43,054 nucleotides of DNA from Acetobacteraceae bacterium (GTDB taxonomy: Bacteria > Pseudomonadota > Alphaproteobacteria > Acetobacterales > Acetobacteraceae), in contig JAYTXR010000012.1 of NCBI GenBank assembly GCA_043742865.1, positions 1 to 43,054 on the forward strand, written 5' to 3'. The stretch's first letter is position 1. Each line of letters starts with the position of its first letter. Made by a program: the position numbers and the translations under genes. Below are positions 9,147-17,284 of the stretch, piece by piece. Under the pieces are notes generated by a model, which saw only the letters and a program-made list of their open reading frames with translations, was not told the DNA's origin and did not search any database.

Positions 9147-10421
9147 ATGCCGATCCAGCAAAGCCGCATCGCCCTCAGCCTGCTGAACCTGTTGCTCGCC
9201 GCGGTGCAAACCGGGTTCGGCCCCTTCGTCTCCGTCTGGCTGACCAAGCAGGGCTGGAACCAGGCCGATATTGGCATCGCGCTCAGCGTCGGTACCGTCG
9301 CGGCCCTGCTTGGCCAACTGCCCGCCGGCCTGTTGATCGACGCAACCCCCCGCAAGCGCCTGGCGTCCGGCGTTGCCCTGATCGTCCTTGCGATCAGCGC
9401 GCTGTTGCTGGCGCTGATGCCCACCTGGCTGGCGGTGCTTGGCGCCGAAATCCTGCACGGCCTGGCCAGTTGCGCGCTGGTCCCGGCGGTTGCCGCCCTC
9501 ACGCTGTCGCTGGTCGGGCACGAGGCGTTCGGTGAACAAATCGGCATCAATGCCCGCTATGCCTCGATCGGAAACGCCGCCGCCGCCGCCCTGCTCGGCG
9601 TCTGGGCCACCTATCTGTCCCAGCGCGGGGTGCTTCTGCTGACCGCAGCGATGGTCCTGCCGGCGTTGCTGGCGCTGCTGGCGATCCCCACCCAGGATCT
9701 GACGAAGGGCGCCGCCGCCGACGCGCAGGCCGCCAAACTGCTGCCCAAAATCCACCAACCGGCCAGCGAACCGAGCTGGCATGTGGTGTTCGAGCGCGGT
9801 TTCATCGGCTTCGCGCTCTGCGCCCTGCTATTCCAACTGGCCAACGCCGCATTGTTGCCGCTGGCGTTGAACCTCTATGTGGCCCATGACCCGGCCCATG
9901 AGTGGGTCATCTTTGCCTGCATCATCGTGCCGCAATTCGTGGTGGCGGGGCTGTCGCCGTGGATCGGACGCATTTCAAATATTTGGGGAAGGCGGCCGAT
10001 CCTGTTTCTGGGATTGCTGGCGCTGCCGCTACGCGCGGGGATCATTGCCTTCCTGCCCAATGCACTGCTGCTGATCCCGGTGCAGCTGCTGGACGGGGTC
10101 AGCGGTGCGGTGTTCGGGCTGATGCTGCCGTTGATCGCCGCCGATGTCAGCCGGCGCATCGGCTGCTTCAATCTGTCGGTCGGCGTGTTCAGCCTGGCCG
10201 GGGGCCTGGGGGCGACCGTCAGCACCACGCTTGCGGGAGCGATCGCCGATGCGGCGGGGACGCGGATCGCGTTCCTGACCCTGGCCGCCGCGGGTGCCGC
10301 GGCGGTGCTGCTGGTTGGGGTGGCTATGCCCGAAACCCGCCCGGCACAACGCATCCGGCCCGCCGATGCGGCGGTGCAGCTTGATCGCGCCTCTTGCGGA
10401 TCCGGCTCATGGAGGGCCTGA
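9147..10421 (+). CDS. MFS transporter
   Basis: About 424 aa. It is strongly hydrophobic with roughly 12 predicted helices and MFS-like loop motifs (IDATPRKR, GRISNIWGRRP). Start uncertain (9108 or 9147). Confidence 0.75.
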   Translation: MPIQQSRIALSLLNLLLAAVQTGFGPFVSVWLTKQGWNQADIGIALSVGTVAALLGQLPAGLLIDATPRKRLASGVALIVLAISALLLALMPTWLAVLGAEILHGLASCALVPAVAALTLSLVGHEAFGEQIGINARYASIGNAAAAALLGVWATYLSQRGVLLLTAAMVLPALLALLAIPTQDLTKGAAADAQAAKLLPKIHQPASEPSWHVVFERGFIGFALCALLFQLANAALLPLALNLYVAHDPAHEWVIFACIIVPQFVVAGLSPWIGRISNIWGRRPILFLGLLALPLRAGIIAFLPNALLLIPVQLLDGVSGAVFGLMLPLIAADVSRRIGCFNLSVGVFSLAGGLGATVSTTLAGAIADAAGTRIAFLTLAAAGAAAVLLVGVAMPETRPAQRIRPADAAVQLDRASCGSGSWRA

Positions 10422-10449
10422 TAGTGGAAATTCACTCGAGGAATAGACG

Positions 10450-11595
10450 ATGAACGACTTGCCACAGAGTTCTGTCCCACAGCCGGTCAACGCCCCGCAT
10501 CTGGCCGAGCCCAGTGGGGATTTCCAGACGCTGCACGAGTTCGTCGCCGCGGCGCGGAAAAACCTGCCCGACAACATCTGGGATTACCTGATCGGTGCCA
10601 CCGAAACGGAAACCACGATGCGCCGCAACCGGCTCGCGCTGGACAGCCTGGCGCTGCGTCCGCGGGTGCTCTGTGACGTCTCGCATGTCGACACGTCCAA
10701 GACCTTCTTGGGCAAAACCTCGCGGCTGCCGGTAATGCTGGCCCCGGTGGGCTCGCTGGAATCTTTCCACCCCGCAGGCGCTGCCGAGGCCGGGCGCGGT
10801 GCGAGCGAATTCGGCGTGCCGATCATCGTCAGTTCGGTAACCCAGCCGGGGTTGGAGGAATCGGCCGCCGCCGCGACGGGAAGAAAACTCTTCCAGCTAT
10901 ATGTGCGCGGCGACGATGCCTGGGTGAACGATTACGTTCGCCGCGCGATTGACGCCGGCTATGAGCAATTCGCCATCACCGTGGACACCGCGTCGTACAG
11001 CCGGCGGGAACGCGACATCGCCCGGCGTTTCGTCAAACCCTGGCGCGCCGCTGCCACCGGGGGGGATTTCCAGGCCAGCTTCAGCTGGGACAACGTCAAA
11101 CGCTTCAAGGATACCTGGAAAATCCCGCTGATGCTGAAAGGCATCGCCACCGCCGAAGACGCCACTCTCGCCGTGCGGCACGGGGTGGACACGGTCTATG
11201 TCTCCAACCACGGCGGCCGCCAGCTCGATCATGGCCGCGGCTCGATGGACGTTCTGCCGGAAGTGGTGGAGGCCGTCGGCGGCCGCGCGTCGGTGGTGGT
11301 GGATGGCGGTTTTTGCCGCGGCACCGATGTGGTCAAGGCGATCGCCCTCGGCGCCGACGCGGTCGCCCTGGGCCGGCTGTATTGCTACGGCCTGGCCGCC
11401 GCGGGTGCGTCCGGTGTGGTGCAATTGCTGGAACTGCTGGAAACCGAAATCGCGATCGCTCTGGCCCTGCTGGGCGTCACCAGCCTTGCGGCGCTGAACC
11501 GCAGCCACATCCATGCCGGTGCTCCCCAGGTGACGGCGCCGCATGTGCACAGCGCATTCCCGCTGCTGTCGGGCACGCCGGAAATCCCGCGCTGA
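10450..11595 (+). CDS. FMN-dependent alpha-hydroxy-acid oxidase/dehydrogenase (LldD/glycolate oxidase family)
   Basis: 381 aa with VSNHGGRQLD, PVMLAPVG and VVDGGFCRGTDVVKAIALGA, the characteristic FMN-dependent dehydrogenase motifs. Confidence 0.85.
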   Translation: MNDLPQSSVPQPVNAPHLAEPSGDFQTLHEFVAAARKNLPDNIWDYLIGATETETTMRRNRLALDSLALRPRVLCDVSHVDTSKTFLGKTSRLPVMLAPVGSLESFHPAGAAEAGRGASEFGVPIIVSSVTQPGLEESAAAATGRKLFQLYVRGDDAWVNDYVRRAIDAGYEQFAITVDTASYSRRERDIARRFVKPWRAAATGGDFQASFSWDNVKRFKDTWKIPLMLKGIATAEDATLAVRHGVDTVYVSNHGGRQLDHGRGSMDVLPEVVEAVGGRASVVVDGGFCRGTDVVKAIALGADAVALGRLYCYGLAAAGASGVVQLLELLETEIAIALALLGVTSLAALNRSHIHAGAPQVTAPHVHSAFPLLSGTPEIPR

Positions 11596-12230
11596 CCAAA
11601 GCCCGCGAGCAGGTCGCCTTCGTCTATCGGGAGCTGGCGCGTCTGGGCATCAACGCCGGCAGCGCCGGCAATGTCAGCGCGCGGACCCAAACCGGCATGA
11701 TCATCACCCCGTCCGGCTGTTCGGCGGAGACCGTCTCCGCCGGCGGCCTGGTGGCGATGACCCTGAACGGCGCCATGGAGGGACCCGTGGCCGCTTCCAG
11801 CGAATGGCCCATGCACGCCGCGATCTACCTGGGTGATAAACGCGCCGGCGCCATCGTGCACACCCACGCAGATGCGTGCACCGCGTTGGCGTGCCTGAAC
11901 GAGGATTTGCCCGCGTTCCACTACAATGTGCTGTCCTTCGGCGGCGACGACGTGCGCTGCGCGCCCTATGTCACCTTCGGCACACCCGAACTGGCGGAAT
12001 CGGCAGCCGTTGCGATCCAGGGCCGTAGCGCCTGCCTGCTGGCCAATCACGGCATGATCGTGCACGGATCGGATCCGCAAGCTGCGCTGCAGGCGGCGGT
12101 ACTGCTAGAAACCCTGGCGCGGCAATATCTGCTGGCGCGGTCCGCCGGAACACCGCGCATCCTGACCGCGCCGGAGATGCAAGTCGCGCGGGAGCGCTTC
12201 AAGACCTACGGGCCGGCGCGAAAGTATTAA
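11592..12230 (+). CDS. Class II aldolase/adducin-family protein (start codon unresolved)
   Basis: The aldolase-II pattern is present: GINAGSAGNVSAR...MIITPSG...SEWPMHAAIY...AIVHTHADA...LANHGMIVHG. There is no in-frame ATG, GTG or TTG between the preceding gene and the conserved GNVS motif. The nearest candidate start is the CTG at 11592, overlapping the upstream TGA stop. Confidence 0.7.
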   Translation: MTKAREQVAFVYRELARLGINAGSAGNVSARTQTGMIITPSGCSAETVSAGGLVAMTLNGAMEGPVAASSEWPMHAAIYLGDKRAGAIVHTHADACTALACLNEDLPAFHYNVLSFGGDDVRCAPYVTFGTPELAESAAVAIQGRSACLLANHGMIVHGSDPQAALQAAVLLETLARQYLLARSAGTPRILTAPEMQVARERFKTYGPARKY

Positions 12231-12354
12231 TGCCAGCGGAGGGTTGACCCTTGGCGGAACTGGGCAGAGCCCAGGCATTCATTTGTCCAGCCTTCGTTTG
12301 TGTTGACGCACAGCATGTTGCTTTCCCCTGCCGGGGCGGGTAACGGCTCTTGGT

Positions 12355-13404
12355 ATGCTGAACGGTTTTCTATCCTGGTGGGCAGCGCAGATGCTCGGGC
12401 TATTGCCCGCGCGCCTGCTGCGCGCGAGCGGGGTGGGGCGCACGGACGCAATGGTCGTTAGCTGGCACGCCGGACATCTCGACATCGCCATACGTCGGGA
12501 TGGCCGCGAGACGCGGGTCGGCAGCTTCGCTCTGGACGCCGCCGGCCTCGCCGCGGCCGGCGGCGCGCTGACGCAGCGCGGGCAGCCGATTGCGATCCTG
12601 CTGCGCGGGACCCAAGGTCAATTGCTGGAGCGCGAGCTTGCCTTGCCACTGGCCGCGGAACGCGATCTCGGCCGCGTGCTGCGCTACGAGATGGACCGGC
12701 TGACGCCATTCGATGCCGATGAGGTGTTCTGGAGCTGCGCCGTGGAACGTCGCGACCGTGCCCACGGCAAGCTGCATCTTCGCCTGTCGCTGGTCGCCAA
12801 GATTTCGGTGCAGGCGGCGATCGATGCGCTGCAAGCCATCGGCATCGCGCCCGCGTGGCTCGAGGCGCCGACCGCCGCCGGGGCGCTGCGCCGGATCGAT
12901 CTGGCAGCCCCTGCCGACAAGCGGACCGGGGCCCACCGGGCGACGATGGCTGCCGCCCTGACCTGTGGGGTGCTCGCTTTGGCGGCAATCTGCCTGCCGT
13001 TCCTCCTGCAATCGCTGCAAATCGGCGCCATCGAGAGCCGCATCGAGGCACTGCAACCGCGCCTGGCGCAGGTCGATGCGCTGCGCCGCCGGATTGCCGG
13101 TGAAGGCGCCGGATCGGACGTGGTCACGGCCGAACGGGCACGAACCGGCGACGCGCTGCAGGTGCTGGCGGCCATCACCGAATTGCTTCCCGACGACACC
13201 ATGCTGACCGATTTCAGCCTCAGCCAGGGCAAGCTTGGCTTAAGCGGGCTTTCGTCGATCGCGTCGCGGCTGATCCCGATGCTGGCCGGCGACCCGCTGA
13301 TCCGCAATCCGGCCTTTGTCGCGCCGGTGACGCGCGCCGAGGACGGACGCGCTGACGGGACCCGTCTCGACCGCTTCGCGATCCGTGCCGAGCTCGCGCC
13401 CTGA
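12355..13404 (+). CDS. GspL-like / PilN-domain type II secretion (or T4P-like) assembly protein
   Basis: 349 aa. The N-terminus MLNGFLSWWAAQMLGLLP is typical of GspL/PilN-domain proteins of proteobacteria. It has one central TM segment (AAALTCGVLALAAICLPFLL) and a coiled periplasmic C-terminus. It is followed by GspM-like and secretin genes. Confidence 0.6.
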   Translation: MLNGFLSWWAAQMLGLLPARLLRASGVGRTDAMVVSWHAGHLDIAIRRDGRETRVGSFALDAAGLAAAGGALTQRGQPIAILLRGTQGQLLERELALPLAAERDLGRVLRYEMDRLTPFDADEVFWSCAVERRDRAHGKLHLRLSLVAKISVQAAIDALQAIGIAPAWLEAPTAAGALRRIDLAAPADKRTGAHRATMAAALTCGVLALAAICLPFLLQSLQIGAIESRIEALQPRLAQVDALRRRIAGEGAGSDVVTAERARTGDALQVLAAITELLPDDTMLTDFSLSQGKLGLSGLSSIASRLIPMLAGDPLIRNPAFVAPVTRAEDGRADGTRLDRFAIRAELAP

Positions 13405-13406
13405 CC

Positions 13407-14051
13407 ATGCGAAGCGTCTTTTCCGCCAGGCCGGTCACCGGCAAACTCCCCTCGGATTTAGTCTCCGGTCTTCCCGATGGGTCGCGCGGCCGCGCCCTGG
13501 CGCTCGCCCTGACGGCAGCTCTGGCCGCCTCCCTCTGGCTGGGCGTGCTAGCCCCGCTGATGTCGTGGTATGCGGACCGGGCCGATCTGCTGGTGCGCCG
13601 CACCGCCCTGGAGAGGCGCATGGCGGAGCTGGTCGAGACGCTTCCGGCACTCCAGGCACGGTTGGCCGCGTCCGCGAGCACCGGCCCGCCGGCGGTGGCG
13701 GTGCTGCAGGGCGGTTCGGACGCCATCGCCAGCGCCGCGCTGCAAGGGCTGGTGCAGGACATGGCGCGCGCCGCGGGCATCAGCCTGACGCGGATCGAAA
13801 CGCTGCCGGCGGAAGCCCGCGGCAGTTATCGCCGCATTGCGCTTCGAGTCGCGCTGTCGACGCCGCTGCCCGACCTGGTGACGTTCCTGGTGGCGGCGGA
13901 GCAGGCCAATCCGCGAATGCTGGTCGATGACTTGCAGCTGCGCAGCGGCGTCGCCCTGGTGCTGGACGGCGGTGATGGCAGCCCGGCCCAGCCGATCGAT
14001 GCCGCACTCACCGTCCTGGCCTTCCGGCCCGAACCGGCTTCTGGCAAATGA
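13407..14051 (+). CDS. GspM-like (PilO-like) secretion system assembly protein
   Basis: 214 aa with a single N-terminal TM (ALALALTAALAASLWLGVLAPL) followed by a coiled region. It starts 2 nt after the gspL-like stop and overlaps the secretin start as ATGA. Confidence 0.55.
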   Translation: MRSVFSARPVTGKLPSDLVSGLPDGSRGRALALALTAALAASLWLGVLAPLMSWYADRADLLVRRTALERRMAELVETLPALQARLAASASTGPPAVAVLQGGSDAIASAALQGLVQDMARAAGISLTRIETLPAEARGSYRRIALRVALSTPLPDLVTFLVAAEQANPRMLVDDLQLRSGVALVLDGGDGSPAQPIDAALTVLAFRPEPASGK

Positions 14052-16441
14052 CCTGGATGAGCAAGCCGATACCCGCGCTCTGGCTGCTGCTCAGCGTGGC
14101 GATCGGGGTCGCGGCCTGCGCCAGGCCGGATGAGCCTGTGCTGGAGGCATTGCCGCCCTTACCGGGCGGCGCCGGGGAGGCGGCAGGCCCGCGGATCAAC
14201 GGGCGCATCGGATCGATCACCGGCTCCCTGCCGGTGCAGAGCTCGACCGGGGCGGCCGGGGACCCCATCGCGCTCGATGCGACCGGCCTTGGGGGCGCGG
14301 GCGGGACCGCCGTCGGCGACATCTCGCTCGATTTCGCCGATACCGACATCCGCGAAGTCGCCGCCCAGATCCTCGGCAATCTCCTGCGGGTGAACTACAC
14401 GATCGACCCCGCGGTGCACGGTACCGCGACGTTGCGGACCGTGCGGCCGCTGACGCAGGCCCAGCTGCTGCCCACCCTGCAGGCGCTGCTGGCCCAGAGC
14501 GGTGCTGGGCTGACCCGCACCGGTTCGCTGTACCGTGTCGTCCCGGCGACTGCTTCCGGCACATCGGTGTCGCTGGGCGGCAGCGGCCTCGATGCCACCG
14601 CTGGCAGCTCGGTCATCGCCCTGCGCTACGCCTCAGCCGAGGAACTCGCTAAGGTATTGCAGCCATTCGTCGCCAATGGCGGCAAGATCCTCGCCGATCC
14701 CCTCCGCAACGCGATCCTGATCGACGGCGAGCCCGCCACGCGCGAGACGCTGATCAGCCTGGTGCGGGCGTTCGACACCAATATCCTGGCCGGTCAGTCC
14801 TATGCGTTATTCCCAGTCGGCAGCGGCGGGGTGAAGGATTTCGCCGGCGCCTTGCAGGAGGCGCTGCGCAGCCAAAGCGGCGGCGCGCTGGCCAGCGTGG
14901 TCAGGGTGGTGCCGATGGAGCGTGTCAATGCCGTGCTCGTTGTGTCCAGCCAGCAGCGCTATGTCGATGAAGCGCGCCGGGTCTATGCGCTGGTGGACCG
15001 CCAGCGCGGCCAGACAATGCGCAGCTGGCACGTGATGTATCTGCAAAACAGCCACACCAACGATGTCGCCTATGTGCTGCAGCGGGCCTTCACCCCGAAC
15101 GACGTGACCGCCCGGCCAGAACCGGGAGCGGGGCAGTCCGCGCCCGGCCAAAGCACCCGCCAGTCACTGGGCGGGCAGGGGGGCTCGGGGTTGGGAGGCC
15201 AGGGATCGGGTAGCCAGGGATCGGGTAACCAGGGATTGGGCAGCTCTGGATTGGGCAGCTCTGGGTTGGGCTCCCAGGGGGGCGGCCAGGGGGGCGTAGG
15301 GTTCGGCGGTAACAGCGGTGGCGGCGGGCTCTCGGGATTGACCGGGGGTGCGGGCGGCGGTGCCCAGCTCGCCGCCCGCGCGTCCAGCAGTTCGGGTGGA
15401 AATCCGCTGCTTGGCGGGCTCGATCCCACCGCCGGCTCCGGCGAGACCAACCCGGACGCCATGCGGGTCATCGCGAACCTGCAGAACAACGCGATCCTGG
15501 TCTATGCGACACAGCGCGAGAAGGACACCGTCGATGCGATGGTGCGCCGGATCGACATCCTGCCGCTGCAGGTGCGCATCGATGCCGTGATCGCCGAGGT
15601 AACCCTGAATGACCAGCTGCAATACGGCACGCAGTTCTTCTTCAAATCCGGCGGTGTCAACGGCATCCTGAGCGGGGCGACCCAGAGCCTCGGCGCCGCC
15701 AACCTCGCCACCGCGGCGTTCAAAACCACCTTGCCGGGCTTTGTGGTCGGCGGTGCCGGTCTGGGCGGCGCGCCATTCGTGATTTCGGCGCTGCAGGCGG
15801 TCACCACGGTTCAGGTGCTGTCCTCGCCGGAACTGATGGTGCTCGACAACCAGTCGGCACGACTGCAGGTGGGCGATGTCGTGCCCTATCTGAGCCAGAG
15901 TTCGCAGAGTACCCTCTCCCCCAATGCGCCGATCGTCAGCTCGATCAACTATCAGCAGACCGGCGTCATCATGGAAGTGACGCCGCGGGTCAACAGCGGC
16001 GGGCTGGTGACGCTGGATGTCTCGCAGGAGGTCAGCGATGTCGCCGCCAACGTCACCACCCCCGGCATCAATTCGCCGACCTTCCAGCAGCGCAGCGTCA
16101 GCTCGCGCATCGTGGTGCAGGATGGCCAGACCGTGGGCCTCGCCGGGCTGATCCGCGACAACGTCGCCTCGCAGAACACTGGCATCCCGTGGCTGAAGGA
16201 CATACCGGTGCTGGGGCTGCTGGCCGGTCAGCAGTCCAAGGTCCGCCAGCGCACCGAATTGCTGATCCTGATCACGCCGCATGTCATCCACGACCAGCGC
16301 GATGCGCGGGCGTTGACAGCGGATCTGCGCGACCAGCTGATCAACGCCGCTGCCGTGCCGAGTGACCTGCAGAACGCCCCTTTCTCCGGCTCGGCCGATC
16401 CCAGCGCCCGGCTGCGCCGGCGGCTGAAGTTGCAACAATAG
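14048..16441 (+). CDS. Secretin (GspD/PilQ family), predicted lipoprotein, with a Gly/Ser-rich insertion
   Basis: 797 aa. It has an N0-type domain (DISLDFADTDIREVAAQILG...YTIDP) and repeated N domains. The C-terminal secretin core includes VQVLSSPELMVLDNQSARLQVGDVVPY...TPTFQQRSVSSRIVVQDGQTVGLAGLI...IPWLKDIPVLGLL...ELLILITPHVI. The signal peptide ends in the lipobox VAAC. Confidence 0.9.
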   Translation: MTWMSKPIPALWLLLSVAIGVAACARPDEPVLEALPPLPGGAGEAAGPRINGRIGSITGSLPVQSSTGAAGDPIALDATGLGGAGGTAVGDISLDFADTDIREVAAQILGNLLRVNYTIDPAVHGTATLRTVRPLTQAQLLPTLQALLAQSGAGLTRTGSLYRVVPATASGTSVSLGGSGLDATAGSSVIALRYASAEELAKVLQPFVANGGKILADPLRNAILIDGEPATRETLISLVRAFDTNILAGQSYALFPVGSGGVKDFAGALQEALRSQSGGALASVVRVVPMERVNAVLVVSSQQRYVDEARRVYALVDRQRGQTMRSWHVMYLQNSHTNDVAYVLQRAFTPNDVTARPEPGAGQSAPGQSTRQSLGGQGGSGLGGQGSGSQGSGNQGLGSSGLGSSGLGSQGGGQGGVGFGGNSGGGGLSGLTGGAGGGAQLAARASSSSGGNPLLGGLDPTAGSGETNPDAMRVIANLQNNAILVYATQREKDTVDAMVRRIDILPLQVRIDAVIAEVTLNDQLQYGTQFFFKSGGVNGILSGATQSLGAANLATAAFKTTLPGFVVGGAGLGGAPFVISALQAVTTVQVLSSPELMVLDNQSARLQVGDVVPYLSQSSQSTLSPNAPIVSSINYQQTGVIMEVTPRVNSGGLVTLDVSQEVSDVAANVTTPGINSPTFQQRSVSSRIVVQDGQTVGLAGLIRDNVASQNTGIPWLKDIPVLGLLAGQQSKVRQRTELLILITPHVIHDQRDARALTADLRDQLINAAAVPSDLQNAPFSGSADPSARLRRRLKLQQ

Positions 16442-16453
16442 CGGGGTTTGGCG

Positions 16454-16870
16454 ATGGCGGTTCCCTTCCTCGCCTGTATGGTGGCCGTCGCCGCCTTCTA
16501 CCAACTGCCGCCGAGGGTGCTGCCGGCGATCCAGGCGGTGGAGGGCGGTCGCATCGGCACCGTGCATGTCAACACCGATGGCTCGGAGGATCTTGGCGTG
16601 ATGCAGGTCAACACGCGCTGGGTGGCGATCCTGGCCCGCACCATCGGCGCCGCACCCGCCGCCACCCGCCAACGCCTGATCGATGATGCGTGCTTCAACA
16701 TCGCCGCCGCCGGCATCATTCTGCGCACCTATCTGAACGAGGCGCGCGGCGACCTGTTGTTGGCGGTGGGCCACTACCATTCCCACACGCCGGCGCTGCG
16801 CGACTGGTATTTGGCCCGGGTGACGCAATCCGCCGGCGCGATGTTCGCCCGCAATGGGGCCGCGCGATGA
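16454..16870 (+). CDS. Lytic transglycosylase (SLT-domain, VirB1/IagB-like)
   Basis: AIQAVEGGRIGTVHVNTDGSEDLGVMQVNTRW...NIAAAGIILRTYL contains the catalytic Glu context and the GxMQ motif of family-1 SLT domains. Start is the ATG at 16454 (a TTG at 16448 is also possible). Confidence 0.8.
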   Translation: MAVPFLACMVAVAAFYQLPPRVLPAIQAVEGGRIGTVHVNTDGSEDLGVMQVNTRWVAILARTIGAAPAATRQRLIDDACFNIAAAGIILRTYLNEARGDLLLAVGHYHSHTPALRDWYLARVTQSAGAMFARNGAAR

Positions 16871-17277
16871 GGTCAGGTTCGCGGATCGGCCGGGGCGTTG
16901 TGCTGGCGGGTGTGGCGCTGGCGGGCGTGGCGTTGCTGACCGGTCTGCTGGCATCATGCGGGCCCGCCGCCGCCGGCCCTGAGGAAGCCGGAACCGATTC
17001 CGGCCCGATATGCGCGCGAGAGCCGGTCGTGCGGTTCGTGTCGCGCGATATCGTCCGCCACGCGCCCTACACCATGCTGTTGGCGGAAACGATCGGCGAG
17101 CGGCCCAGCCCGGATCCGGTCGTGGTGCTGTGCGTGGTGACGGTGGTGCGGAAGGATTACGACTATTTGCGCTATTGGTCGCAGGCTTGGCTGGGATATC
17201 AGGAATACGTCGTACGGCGGCTGGATCACGGCTACGAGGTGAATATGCGGGAAGGCCTCGTTCACGCCACGCCGTGA
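16867..17277 (+). CDS. Small predicted lipoprotein, unknown function
   Basis: 136 aa. MRSGSRIGRGVVLAGVALAGVALLTGLLASCG is a signal peptide with the lipobox LASC. Its ATG overlaps the SLT stop as ATGA at 16867-16870. Confidence 0.6.
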   Translation: MRSGSRIGRGVVLAGVALAGVALLTGLLASCGPAAAGPEEAGTDSGPICAREPVVRFVSRDIVRHAPYTMLLAETIGERPSPDPVVVLCVVTVVRKDYDYLRYWSQAWLGYQEYVVRRLDHGYEVNMREGLVHATP

Positions 17278-17284
17278 TGGACGC

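Noticed and set aside
12231-12354. TTGAC-containing strings upstream of the gspL-like gene as a defined promoter
   Set aside because: Two TTGAC(C/G) hexamers are present, but neither has a plausible -10 at 16-19 nt. That is not enough to call a promoter.
15164-16957. 597-aa ORF on the minus strand
   Set aside because: It is fully antisense to the well-supported secretin and SLT genes. The Arg/Ala/Gly/Pro/His-rich composition with no domain motifs is the typical shadow ORF of GC-rich DNA.
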